Shown: positions 40,914 through 50,700 of the stretch, in pieces
How the letters are laid out: each line of letters starts with the position of its first letter
Position numbering within the stretch: the stretch's first letter is position 1
NCBI GenBank assembly: GCA_027339965.1
Contig: DAHWNL010000016.1
Span: 58,148 to 122,147 of the forward strand
DNA: 64,000 bases
Direction of reading: 5' to 3'
From: Granulicella sp.
Lineage (GTDB): Bacteria > Acidobacteriota > Terriglobia > Terriglobales > Acidobacteriaceae
Notes under the pieces: model-generated
Databases searched by the model: none
What the model saw: the letters and a program-made list of their open reading frames with translations, nothing else
Told to the model about the DNA's origin: nothing
Position numbers and translations under genes: made by a program

Positions 40914-43184
40914 TCACGGTTTCAGCGTGAACTGCGCGGATAAGGATGCCCGAGAAGAGTCCCCAGCCCAGACCGTATAGACGCCCGGCTCAACAGACCA
41001 TTCGTCTGCGGCGTTCCACACCGCAAGCTGATCCTGCGGTACACGAAAGGTCACGGTCTTCGTCTGTCCCGGATCGAGATGGATACGAGAAAAACCCGCC
41101 AAAGATCGGCTCGGAGTCTCCACGCTGCTCACGTCCTCGCGCACGTAGAGCTGAGCGACTTCATCCCCTGCGGCCCTGCCCGTATTCGTCACGTCGACGG
41201 TGGCCTCGATAGCGCCGCGACTGCCCGGAGCGGGCGCTTGCACCGTCAGGTGACCAAAGTGAAACGTGGTGTAGCTAAGGCCGAATCCGAAGGGAAATAA
41301 GGGCTTGGCATCGGAGCCGACGTATCGGTAGACCCGCGAAGGATCGGCGTCATAAACGTCCGGCAGTTGCCCGACCGACCGGGGGAAGGTAACTGCCAGG
41401 TGGCCACCCGGATCATTCTCCCCAAACAGCGTCTCGGCGATGGCTCTTCCGCCGAACTCACCGGGATACCAAGCCTCAAGGATTGCAGCCACGTGCTGCT
41501 CTGCCCAATCGATGGTCAGCGGCCGTCCGTTCTCCAGTACCAGCACCAGCGGCCTTCCCGTAGCGGCCACAGCTTCAAGCAGCTTCTCCTGAGCTCCGGG
41601 CAGGCCGAGATGGGACCGGTCAAATCCCTCGCCTGAGATTCCCTGCCACTCGCCGAGTCCCATGATCACGACCTGCGCGCTACGGGCCTTCTCCACCGCC
41701 GACTCCATGTCGTTCCCATCGTCGAAGCTGACCGTCGCATGCGGCAGAAGTTCACGAATCCCCTGAAGCAGGCTGATCTTCAATCCATTCGCATGATTTT
41801 CATAATCGCCATAACGAGCCTTGTCGCCATTGGGACCGATCACGGCAATACGCTGCGTAGACCGGGAAAGCGGCAAAAGGCGATCTTCATTCTTGAGCAG
41901 CGTCATCGACTCCAGCGCCGCGCGCAGGGAAGCGGCAAGATGCGCCGGCGAACGATGCACCTTTGCATCCAGTGCCGGGTTTACATACGGATGATCAAAA
42001 AGCCCCAGAGCAAACTTCACCCGGAGCACCGAACGAACGGCACGATTGATGTCTTGCTCCGAAAGCGACCCGTCGTGAACACACCCTATCAGGTCCCCGT
42101 CAAAGACATCCTGCGGAAGATCGTAGAACTGCATGTCCACCCCTGCCCGTATGGCCATGCAAGCGGCGTCCTGAGGGGTCGCCGCGACCTTGTGAACTCG
42201 GTAGAGATTCTGAATCGCGCCAAGATCGGAAAGCACAAAGCCTTGGAAGCCCCACTCCCGGCGCAGCACCTTCTTCAGCAGGAACGGATTGTCCGTCATC
42301 GGGATGCCGTCAATCTCGTTATAGGCGGCCATCACACTCATCACATGCCCCTGGCGAACCGCCGTCTCGAACGGCCGCAGCATGATCATCCGCAGCTCCC
42401 GCTCTCCTATATCGACCGGGGACGTATTCACGCCGGCCTCCGGCGCGCCGTAGGCGGCAAAGTGCTTGGGCTCCGCCACTACAGTGTGATCCGTCGCCAA
42501 GCCATCTGCCTGCGCGCCATCGATGAAAGAGAGCCCCAACTGCCCGGCAAGGTAAGGGTCTTCGCCGTAGGTCTCCTCCACTCGACCCCAACGCGGATCG
42601 CGCGCCAGGTTCAAAACCGGGGCAAGAATCATGTCTACGCCGGTAGCGCGAGCCTCTGATCCGATACCGGAGCCCGTCTCGCGCAAAAGCTGCCGGTCCC
42701 ACGTATCTCCCAGGCCCAGCGGCGCGGGAAAGACGGTGCCGGTGTTGAAGCCGTGCAGCCCTTCCTCGATAAAGAGCGCCGGAATGCCGAGTCGATTATG
42801 GGAGATCACCCAGCTTTGAATCGCATTCGACTGCTCAGGAGTCGGATTCAGGTCATGGATGGAGCCAACCCCCAGCTCACCCCATAACCTCTGCGCCTTC
42901 AGGGGGACAAAGAGCGCATCCGCTGCGGCATGGGTCTTGTCCTTGTAGCGGCTCATGATGGAGGTCGCGCCGGCGTACATATCCAGTTGGCGGACCTTTT
43001 CCTGCAGCGTCATCCGGCCCAGCAGATCATCGACGCGAGCTTCTATCGGCGCACGGGCATCTCGGTACAGCGGCCGCTTCTGCGCCGGCCGGGGGGCGGC
43101 CTGGACGCAAAAAGGAGCTACGGCACATACCGCTGCAACCGCCGGAACAAGCAGCACAATTTTGCGGATGAGGGTTGCGGTCAA
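40914..43184 (-). CDS. Exported GH3 beta-glucosidase/xylosidase with FnIII domain
   Basis: EEGLHG, RDPRWGR, GEDP, KHF, nucleophile SDLG and FPFGFGLSYT. Start approximate (TTG 43184 precedes a signal peptide); the track ORF over-extends into the cold-shock gene. Confidence 0.92.
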   Translation of the reverse strand: MTATLIRKIVLLVPAVAAVCAVAPFCVQAAPRPAQKRPLYRDARAPIEARVDDLLGRMTLQEKVRQLDMYAGATSIMSRYKDKTHAAADALFVPLKAQRLWGELGVGSIHDLNPTPEQSNAIQSWVISHNRLGIPALFIEEGLHGFNTGTVFPAPLGLGDTWDRQLLRETGSGIGSEARATGVDMILAPVLNLARDPRWGRVEETYGEDPYLAGQLGLSFIDGAQADGLATDHTVVAEPKHFAAYGAPEAGVNTSPVDIGERELRMIMLRPFETAVRQGHVMSVMAAYNEIDGIPMTDNPFLLKKVLRREWGFQGFVLSDLGAIQNLYRVHKVAATPQDAACMAIRAGVDMQFYDLPQDVFDGDLIGCVHDGSLSEQDINRAVRSVLRVKFALGLFDHPYVNPALDAKVHRSPAHLAASLRAALESMTLLKNEDRLLPLSRSTQRIAVIGPNGDKARYGDYENHANGLKISLLQGIRELLPHATVSFDDGNDMESAVEKARSAQVVIMGLGEWQGISGEGFDRSHLGLPGAQEKLLEAVAATGRPLVLVLENGRPLTIDWAEQHVAAILEAWYPGEFGGRAIAETLFGENDPGGHLAVTFPRSVGQLPDVYDADPSRVYRYVGSDAKPLFPFGFGLSYTTFHFGHLTVQAPAPGSRGAIEATVDVTNTGRAAGDEVAQLYVREDVSSVETPSRSLAGFSRIHLDPGQTKTVTFRVPQDQLAVWNAADEWSVEPGVYTVWAGDSSRASLSAQFTLKP

Positions 43185-43366
43185 TCGGAAACCGAATCTC
43201 TCCTGCAAGTCTCCCCAGAAACCACCCCTGGAAGACGACCACGCATGTAATTCACCGTCAGAAGATAGGACGACTGCGAGCCGGCGTGGAATCATCTTGG
43301 AGATGACTTTACCCGACCGAACAAACGTCATTCCAGCCGACACGATTCCGCACCTCCGGCCCCTCC

Positions 43367-43405
43367 AAAACAAAAAGGGAGTAGACGCGAGTCTTCCCCC
43401 CTCTT
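43367..43405 (-). terminator. Intrinsic terminator of the cold-shock gene
   Basis: Minus strand GGGGGAAGAC-TCGC-GTCTACTCCC followed by TTTTTGTTTT. Confidence 0.8.
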
Positions 43406-43443
43406 GCCGAACGAAGATACGATGCTGGCTGAAAAGCTCTCGC

Positions 43444-43644
43444 TTAGAGAGGCTGAACGTCAGAGGCCTGCCATCCCTTGGGGCCCTTGACCACATTGAA
43501 CTGAACTGCCTGGCCTTCCTGCAGGCTCTTGAAACCATTGGAGTTGATGGCCGAGTAATGCACAAACACATCCTCACCGTTCTGACGGCTGATGAAGCCA
43601 AATCCCTTGGCGTCGTTGAACCACTTTACTGTTCCCTGTTCCAT
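43444..43644 (-). CDS. Cold-shock protein (CspA family)
   Basis: [15 protein letters not shown] and [12 protein letters not shown] motifs. Confidence 0.97.
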   Translation of the reverse strand: MEQGTVKWFNDAKGFGFISRQNGEDVFVHYSAINSNGFKSLQEGQAVQFNVVKGPKGWQASDVQPL

Positions 43645-43740
43645 TTTTCCCAAATCCTTGTGATTGACTTTGACGCTGAATCCAAATCGGGGCTTCGGCT
43701 ACTACGCGCAGAAAACCAATCTGTTTCAAACGATGGAGAA

Positions 43741-43749
43741 ATGTTAGCA
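43741..43749 (-). promoter_or_regulatory. Extended -10 element for the cold-shock gene, implying a ~90-nt 5' UTR
   Basis: TGcTAACAT on the minus strand in an AT-rich intergenic region. Confidence 0.5.
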
Positions 43750-43824
43750 CGAAGGCGGAATTTTCCACCGAAAAATTTGCAGCTCTTCTGAATTGCACTG
43801 AAAATAGGGCGATTTTCAGCTATT

Positions 43825-44595
43825 TCAGTCGGCTCCCCCTGGTTTTGAGGATGAACTCCCTGCTTCCCACCCCTCAACATAGCGCCTGACAATCTCCTCG
43901 GCCGTCCTCAACACCTGCTCCAGCGTCATCGATGTCGAGTCCAGGATCACCGCATCTTCCGCAGGCCGCAGCGGAGACTCCTTCCGGGTCCTATCCCGCG
44001 CATCGCGCTCCTTGAGCTCATGAAGGATAGCCTGCTGCGACATCTGTCCGGGGCCAACCTGGAGATAACGCCGGTTGCCCCTTACCTCTGGATCCGCATC
44101 CAGGAAGATCTTCACCTCGGCATCGGGAAAGACTACGGTCCCGATATCCCGGCCCTCCATCACCACGCCCCCCTTGGCGCCCATCCTTTGCTGCTGGGCC
44201 ACCATCCACTGACGAAGCCTGGGATGCACAGAGACCTGCGAGGCCGCCGCCGTCACATCCGCCTCCCGAACCCGGCGCGAGACATCCACACCGTCCAGTA
44301 GCACCCGGTTCCCCTCTGGCCTGGACTCGGGAAGAATCTGCGTGCGGCCAGCCAGTTCCAGTAGCGCCAGCTCATCGTTCAACGCCACGGCCTGATCGAT
44401 GGCCTTCAACGCCAGGGCCCGGTACATGGCGCCCGTTTCCAGGTTCAAAAAGCCGAAGCGCCGCGCCAGGTGCGCCGCCAGCGTGCTCTTGCCGGCGCCC
44501 GCCGGCCCGTCGATGGCGATCACCGGCTGCTTCCGCCCCGAGCTTCGCCGCGTCGAGTGGCTACCGGAGATGAAAGGCGTCGAACTCGAGTCCAT
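43825..44595 (-). CDS. cmk: Cytidylate kinase
   Basis: IAIDGPAGAGKST, TGAMYR, EGRDIGTVVFPDA and RDARD motifs. ATG 44595 preferred. Confidence 0.95.
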   Translation of the reverse strand: MDSSSTPFISGSHSTRRSSGRKQPVIAIDGPAGAGKSTLAAHLARRFGFLNLETGAMYRALALKAIDQAVALNDELALLELAGRTQILPESRPEGNRVLLDGVDVSRRVREADVTAAASQVSVHPRLRQWMVAQQQRMGAKGGVVMEGRDIGTVVFPDAEVKIFLDADPEVRGNRRYLQVGPGQMSQQAILHELKERDARDRTRKESPLRPAEDAVILDSTSMTLEQVLRTAEEIVRRYVEGWEAGSSSSKPGGAD

Positions 44596-44602
44596 TCTGC
44601 AC

Positions 44603-46591
44603 CTACTCCTCCGCCTGGGGTGCCTTCCGCCCTCCAGAGCTCTTGGATCCGCTCCGCTTGGCTTGTCTGTCGGTGGGCTTGCGAGAGTCTCCGAACTTCC
44701 GCTCGCCCGTAGACTTTGCACCAAATTTCCCCGCAGGCTGGCCACCAAACTTGCCCCCGGGCTTGCCACCAAACTTGCCCCCAGACGCGCCGCCAGCCTT
44801 ACCTTGGAACTTGCCTTTGAAGTTGCCTTTGAAGTTGCCAACCGGCCTGTTGGAAGACTGGGGCGCCGGTTTGCCTTGGAACTTAGCCGCCGACCGCGAG
44901 CCTGCTCCTGCAACCAACTTCCCTGCACCGCGCTCTCCGTGGGGCTGGCCGCCACGGCGGCCATAGCGGCGCTCCGTATCTTCGCCCCCTTTGGGAGACC
45001 GGTCTCTGGTAGCCCCGTCCGGCTTGCCCCTGGCGCGTCCTCTACCCTTGCCGGCGAAGGGCGCTCTGCCGCGCGCAGCACCCTCCCGGCGGCGCGGTTT
45101 AGGCGCCGCGCCCTCTCCATCTCTCAATTCCCTCGCCGAATGCGCCCTTTTGCCATCTCCTTGACCCGGAAACGGCCTCTTGCCTGGGGGACGTCCGGCA
45201 TCGGACCCGGCGTCCCGCTTCGCTCTCTTGGGGTGAGCCGGCTTCCACTCTGGAGCCGTTCCATCCGGCGGCATGCGCTGGCCGCGCCGCTCCCCGCCGA
45301 AACTCCGCTCCTCCTCCCAGGGCCGGGCAAAGCCGCGCTCCTCCGCGCCTCCTGTTACGGAGCCTCGAGACCTGTTTTTCCTGAACGGCGGCGTCCTCTG
45401 GAACGGCCGCCGCGCAGCCTCGCTCTGGCCATGCGACCTCCCGTCCTCTGACCTCCTGCCCTCTGGCCTGGCCCCGTGCGCTCTTGCCGGCCTCCCCGGC
45501 CGATCTCCAGCGGACCTTCCCGCATCCCGGCGCCGCCCACCCGGCCCCCAACTCCGCCCCGAATTCGCTCCGCCTGCACGCGGCTTGTGTTCCGCCCCGA
45601 ACTTCGTCCGCCTGTCTGCTACAGCAGCCGTCACCGAGTCAAGGGAGGGCTCACGATCTGCCAACGCCTGCGCCGGGAGAGACTCCACCTCCGGCAGACC
45701 TCCGGGAAGATGCAGCAGCGTCTTCCCCTCGATCACCACCGTGCTCAACTGCCGCGCCGCCACCAGAGCATGCAGCACCTCGCGCACGCGCGACCTCGCC
45801 GTCAGCGTTGAAAGAAACGTGGCAATCTCCTCCTCAGTGGCCGCAAAGACCTGGGTCAAATACAGCGACACCAGAGCAGACAGCGCGCTCGGCTGGCCGC
45901 TATTGGCTCCGGTCTTGATGGCCTTAGTGAATCTCCGGGTGGTCAGCTCCCAGCGCGTGGCGCCGTCTCCCTTGGCCTCCGGCCTCTGCGCCGGCAGCGG
46001 AATCACCCGAAGCTGCGACCAAAGTTCTCCCAGCGCGCGCACCACCGCGCTCTCCGTGACCTCGCGGCCCAACTCTTGCGCCAGCTCCGCAGCCGTCATG
46101 GCCCCTGCCCGGGTAAGAGCTTCAAAGACTCGCAACCCCAACGTCGAAACCCGCACCGCTCCCGAGGTGGAGGGAGGGTGCTTCCAGGCTTTGTCTCCGC
46201 GCATGGTGAAGACGTAGCTGAAGATCCGCGCACTCACGATAAAGTCCGGCGTCTCCCCGGGCACTCCCAGCAGATTCAGCGGCAGCGCCAGACCTTCAGC
46301 GGCCAAGCGCGCCGTCAATCCCCGCGCCACCTCGCTCTCCTCCGGCGTGGGGTTGGCGCGGGCAGCACCCAGCGTAGCCTCCACCAGTGACGGCGCAGGA
46401 GCCGGAAGCTGCTGCCCTCGCGGGGCAAACAGGACCAGACCGAAATCGTTGATCCACTCCCGCGCCGCCTCCAGGGTCAGCAGAGCCTCGCCCCGCTCCA
46501 CCCCATCGGGAAAAGCACTCGCCGGTGCCGCCGCGGTCTGCTTCCATGCCAGCGCGCGTGCAGCCTCAAGCTGCGCCTGGTTTAGCTCCAC
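44603..46591 (-). CDS. Winged-helix (AlkZ/HTH_42-like) protein with long Gly/Arg/Lys-rich disordered tail
   Basis: Globular N-terminal ~300 aa with wHTH-like segments (GAMTAAELAQELG...VVRALGELW); low-complexity tail with GKFGGKP repeats. Start approximate. Confidence 0.7.
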   Translation of the reverse strand: MELNQAQLEAARALAWKQTAAAPASAFPDGVERGEALLTLEAAREWINDFGLVLFAPRGQQLPAPAPSLVEATLGAARANPTPEESEVARGLTARLAAEGLALPLNLLGVPGETPDFIVSARIFSYVFTMRGDKAWKHPPSTSGAVRVSTLGLRVFEALTRAGAMTAAELAQELGREVTESAVVRALGELWSQLRVIPLPAQRPEAKGDGATRWELTTRRFTKAIKTGANSGQPSALSALVSLYLTQVFAATEEEIATFLSTLTARSRVREVLHALVAARQLSTVVIEGKTLLHLPGGLPEVESLPAQALADREPSLDSVTAAVADRRTKFGAEHKPRAGGANSGRSWGPGGRRRDAGRSAGDRPGRPARAHGARPEGRRSEDGRSHGQSEAARRPFQRTPPFRKNRSRGSVTGGAEERGFARPWEEERSFGGERRGQRMPPDGTAPEWKPAHPKRAKRDAGSDAGRPPGKRPFPGQGDGKRAHSARELRDGEGAAPKPRRREGAARGRAPFAGKGRGRARGKPDGATRDRSPKGGEDTERRYGRRGGQPHGERGAGKLVAGAGSRSAAKFQGKPAPQSSNRPVGNFKGNFKGKFQGKAGGASGGKFGGKPGGKFGGQPAGKFGAKSTGERKFGDSRKPTDRQAKRSGSKSSGGRKAPQAEE

Positions 46592-46811
46592 TGTTGAACT
46601 CAATCTCGCCCCTATCCGCGCTTTGCTGTGCCGGCTCTGCACAAGCGCATCGCTCTGCCCACAGAGGTATGCAGAACGTCGTCTTGAACTTCTTGAACTT
46701 CGCCGCCACGGTCACTCAATCCGCCGGGTAGAGCTCGGCATTGCTTGAAACGCTCTGCGTGCGTTGCGCTGCAGAGCTCGCCATCCGGCCCGGGCAAAGC
46801 TACCTTCTCGG

Positions 46812-48860
46812 CTAAATCCGCTGAAACGCCCTTTGGATGTCTCTTAGAGAATACCGCAATGCGATCGGTCTGCCGTGCGGACAACTCATCGGATGCTGCG
46901 TCTTGCCCAGCTCTCGCAGCAGCCAGTCCATCTTGGCCGGCTGCAGCGGCATATTCACCTTGATCGCCGCATGGCAGGCGATGGAAGCTGCGATCCGGGT
47001 GCGCCGGAGCTGCTCATTCTCCACCTGCGCAGTCTTCTCCGAGTTGCCCAGCAGCTCGTCCAGAACCCGTTCCAGCTCCTTGCCCGCCAGCCCTACCGGC
47101 GCCGCCTTCACCGCCAGCGTCCGCGGCCCAAAGGGTTCAGCCTCAAAGCCGTTGCGCTCCAACTCCTCGGCGATCGCCGCGAACATCACCATCTGCTCCG
47201 GCAATAGCTCTACAAGCACCGGCATCAACAACCGCTGGCGCTGCACAGCCTCCACCGTACGCTCGCGCAGAATCTTCTCAAACAGCACGCGCTCATGTGC
47301 AACGTGCTGATCGATGATCCACAGTCCCTCCTCGTTCACTGCCAGAATGAAGGACTCACGCAACTGCCCCAGCGGCTTCAGGGACGCCAGCGCATTCAGC
47401 GTCGGCTGCTCACCGGCAACCGCGGAATCCGCCATCGGGCGCCGCGCCTCCTCCACGGAAACAGCATCGCCATCGGTCTCGTTGTACCCCACCGCATGGC
47501 CCGTACCACCGAACCCCAGCCTGCCGCCGGAGGCCTGCGGCAGCGGCTCGATCCGGTCGAACGCCGCCACATCTTTGGCCATCTCTTCGGCGCCGCCCGC
47601 GGCTTCACTCGCGGCGATCCACTCCCTCTGAGCAGTCCATCCCTGCCCCGGACCGCTCTGCTCAACGTCAATCTCCCGATAGCCCTGCCCGGGGGCGAAC
47701 ACCGCCCCGTCCAATCCGGGCAACGGACTTACATCCACCATCAGCGACTCGCTGGCCGTCGGCGCCGCATGCAGCGCCCGGAAGAAGCTGGCCGCCGGTC
47801 GGGCCTGCATCAGCGCCGTGCGCACCGTGTCACGAACAAAATCATGCACAAAACTACCCTGCCGGAACCGCACCTCGGTCTTGGCGGGATGCACATTCAC
47901 ATCCACCTCATGCGCCGGCATCTCCAGAAACACCAGAACCACCGGAAACGAGGTGGGCGGAAGAATATTCCGATACGCCTCGTTGAAAGCATGCAGAATC
48001 AGCTTGTCGCGAATCAGCCTTCCGTTCACAAACACATACATCGAGTTCCGATTCAGCTTCTGCAACTCCGGCTTGCTCACAAATCCGCTCAGCCGCAGCT
48101 CTCCCGGCTGCGGCGGCTCATAATCCTCTGCCTGCCTCCACGGCGGGGGTGCGGGCAGCCCGGCCCGCGCAAAGGAGATCTCCGCCGCAACCGGAATCAG
48201 ACGATCGAAGGTCTCTCGCCCAAAGATCTGGTACAGCCGCTCCCCCACGTTGGCCACGGCCGGGGCCACCAGCAGCGCCTGAGTGGCAGAATGCAACTCA
48301 AAGTGCCGCTCCGGATAGGCCAGCGCATAGTGCGTCACCAGCGCCGCCGCATGCCCCAACTCCGTCTGCTCCGCACGTAGAAACTTTCTTCGCGCCGGCG
48401 TATTGAAGAACAGATCCCGGACCGTAATCGTCGTGCCCACCGGCAATCCGGCGTCTTCCACCCGCAGCAGATCTCCCCCGGCAATCTCTACAACCGTGCC
48501 CATCTCCTCCTCGGCCGCACGCGTCTCCAGCCGCACCCGCGCCACGCTGGCAATCGAGGGCAACGCCTCCCCGCGAAACCCCAGGGTGGCAATCTGCAAC
48601 AGATCGTCGCTGCTGCGCAACTTGGACGTGGCATGCCGCTCAAAGGCCAGCAGCGCATCGTCGCGCCCCATGCCGTGGCCATTGTCCACCATTCGGATCA
48701 GCTTCCGCCCGCCGGCCTCCACTTCGATCCGGATCCGCGCCGCACCCGCATCCAGCGCGTTCTCCAGCAACTCCTTCACCACGGACGCGGGCCGCTCCAC
48801 CACCTCGCCGGCGGCAATCTGGTTGGCGACCTGATCGGAGAGAACCCGTATCCTTCCCAC
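46812..48860 (-). CDS. mutL: DNA mismatch repair endonuclease MutL
   Basis: NQIAAGEVVERPASVVKELLEN, GFRGEAL, DQHVAHERVLFE, ACH and CPHGRP motifs. Confidence 0.97.
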   Translation of the reverse strand: MGRIRVLSDQVANQIAAGEVVERPASVVKELLENALDAGAARIRIEVEAGGRKLIRMVDNGHGMGRDDALLAFERHATSKLRSSDDLLQIATLGFRGEALPSIASVARVRLETRAAEEEMGTVVEIAGGDLLRVEDAGLPVGTTITVRDLFFNTPARRKFLRAEQTELGHAAALVTHYALAYPERHFELHSATQALLVAPAVANVGERLYQIFGRETFDRLIPVAAEISFARAGLPAPPPWRQAEDYEPPQPGELRLSGFVSKPELQKLNRNSMYVFVNGRLIRDKLILHAFNEAYRNILPPTSFPVVLVFLEMPAHEVDVNVHPAKTEVRFRQGSFVHDFVRDTVRTALMQARPAASFFRALHAAPTASESLMVDVSPLPGLDGAVFAPGQGYREIDVEQSGPGQGWTAQREWIAASEAAGGAEEMAKDVAAFDRIEPLPQASGGRLGFGGTGHAVGYNETDGDAVSVEEARRPMADSAVAGEQPTLNALASLKPLGQLRESFILAVNEEGLWIIDQHVAHERVLFEKILRERTVEAVQRQRLLMPVLVELLPEQMVMFAAIAEELERNGFEAEPFGPRTLAVKAAPVGLAGKELERVLDELLGNSEKTAQVENEQLRRTRIAASIACHAAIKVNMPLQPAKMDWLLRELGKTQHPMSCPHGRPIALRYSLRDIQRAFQRI

Positions 48861-49151
48861 AACACTAGATTACGGGAAACAGAGAATCCTCCCTGCCGCG
48901 GCGTCCCGGCCAGTTGCCCTCCGGTCTGCGGACGCCGGAACAGCCGCAGCATCGACGGCGATGGCCATTTTCGTTTTGAGAAGCGCCACCGGAGCTGGGG
49001 ACAGGCAGAGCGCCCGACGCGCGCGGGGATACCTCCATCGCGAGCCCAACGGAACACCGCAACGGCTCTCCTCCGGGCGAAGAAACCGCCGGCGGCGGGC
49101 CTGCGACTTGAACCTTGCGCTCCCGCGGAACGCCCCGCGGCCGCAGCGCTT

Positions 49152-50642
49152 CTAGAACTGACTCCGTCTGCCGAGCTGATCCCCGGATCTGTGCAGACGC
49201 ATGAAGTTGGTGGCTCCCGTGCTGGTCGCCGTCCCCGCCACAATCCCCAAAATCTCATCTCGCTTCAGATAGCCGCGCTCCTCCAACATATCTTCGGCCA
49301 TGGCTACCAGCGTATCCGTGCTGGTAAAGCGCTCGCAGTGGATCCCCACCGTGCCCCAAAGCAGCATGGCGCGATGCACCACCGATTCAAACGGACTGAG
49401 CGCGTAGATGGGAGCGTCCGGCCTGTACTTGGAAAGCAGACGAGCCGTATTCCCGCTCTCCGTGAAGATCGCAATGGCCGCCAGATCCACATCCAGCGCC
49501 GAGTGCGCCATACATTCGCAGATGGTCTCGGCCACCGTCAGCGACCGGCCCCTGCTCGCGTTCATCTCCCTCGGCACCGGCCTTTGACCCAGCAGATTCA
49601 TCTGCTTCTCGGTCTCCACGATGATCTTGCTCATCATCGCCACCGACTCCGCCGGATACTTGCCCGCCGCGCTCTCGGCGGAAAGCATCACCGCATCGCT
49701 GCCATCATAGATCGCGTTGGCCACATCGCTTACCTCCGCGCGGGTCGGCCGGGGGTTTTCAATCATCGACTCCAGCATCTGCGTTGCGGTGATCACCGGC
49801 TTCCGGAACTCTGTCGCGCGGCGGATCATGTGCTTCTGGATCGCCGGCACCTTTTCCGGCGGAACCTCCACACCCAGGTCTCCGCGCGCCACCATGATCC
49901 CTTCGGATACCTCCAGAATGCTGTCCAGATGATCCAACGCCTGGGGTTTCTCCAGCTTCGCAATCACCCAAGCATCCGAGCCCATCTCCTTGATCCGCCG
50001 CTTGACGTGCTGCACATCCTCGGCAGTCTGCACAAACGACACTGCAATCGCATCTGCACCGGCCCGGATACAAAACTCCAGATCGATCTCGTCCTTCTCC
50101 GTGAGTGACGGAACTTTCACCGATACTCCGGGAAGATTGATGCCCTTGTTCTCACCCAGCATTCCACCGTTGATGATCTCGGCAATCACATCACCGCCAT
50201 CAATCTCCGCCACTCGCAACTCGATCAAGCCATCGGAGAGCAGAATCTGGTCGCCCCGCTTCAGATTCTCCGCCAGCGTCGGAAAGACAGTGCTGACCCG
50301 TTCGCTGGTTCCCTCCACCGCCTCAGGGGTAATCGTCAGCCTCTTGCCGGCCTCCAACAGCACCGGCCGGTGGTCCACCAGCTTGCCGGTGCGGATCTTT
50401 GGCCCCTGCAAATCCGCAAGAATGCAGATGGGCTTGCGCTCTTCCCGCGCCACCTTTCGCACCATCGCAATCAGCTCCGCCTTCTGCTCATGCGAGCCAT
50501 GCGAAAAGTTCAGCCTCGCAACATCCAGCCCCGCGCGGACCAACTCGCGAAACTTCGCCTCAGAGCTCGAGGACGGCCCCAGAGTCGCCACAATCTTTGC
50601 CCGCCGACAACCACTCTCAAAACCATTCGCCGCTTGTTCCAT
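49152..50642 (-). CDS. pyk: Pyruvate kinase
   Basis: KIVATLGP, RLNFSHG, DLQGPKIR, MVARGDLGVE and ATQMLESM. Start is 50642 or 50654. Confidence 0.97.
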   Translation of the reverse strand: MEQAANGFESGCRRAKIVATLGPSSSSEAKFRELVRAGLDVARLNFSHGSHEQKAELIAMVRKVAREERKPICILADLQGPKIRTGKLVDHRPVLLEAGKRLTITPEAVEGTSERVSTVFPTLAENLKRGDQILLSDGLIELRVAEIDGGDVIAEIINGGMLGENKGINLPGVSVKVPSLTEKDEIDLEFCIRAGADAIAVSFVQTAEDVQHVKRRIKEMGSDAWVIAKLEKPQALDHLDSILEVSEGIMVARGDLGVEVPPEKVPAIQKHMIRRATEFRKPVITATQMLESMIENPRPTRAEVSDVANAIYDGSDAVMLSAESAAGKYPAESVAMMSKIIVETEKQMNLLGQRPVPREMNASRGRSLTVAETICECMAHSALDVDLAAIAIFTESGNTARLLSKYRPDAPIYALSPFESVVHRAMLLWGTVGIHCERFTSTDTLVAMAEDMLEERGYLKRDEILGIVAGTATSTGATNFMRLHRSGDQLGRRSQF

Positions 50643-50700
50643 GTCCTTCTTCACCCTTCCAGATTCGTCCCAAAACTCGCTCGACGATCACTCCTCATCA

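Noticed and set aside
43185..43601. GH3 ORF extension overlapping the cold-shock gene
   Set aside because: It crosses an intrinsic terminator and a clear csp gene; the signal peptide begins further downstream.
44596..45120. Apparent 175-aa N-terminal extension of Cmk overlapping the upstream gene
   Set aside because: Alternative frame of the upstream low-complexity tail; an SD-like sequence precedes ATG 44595 and no slippery site was seen.
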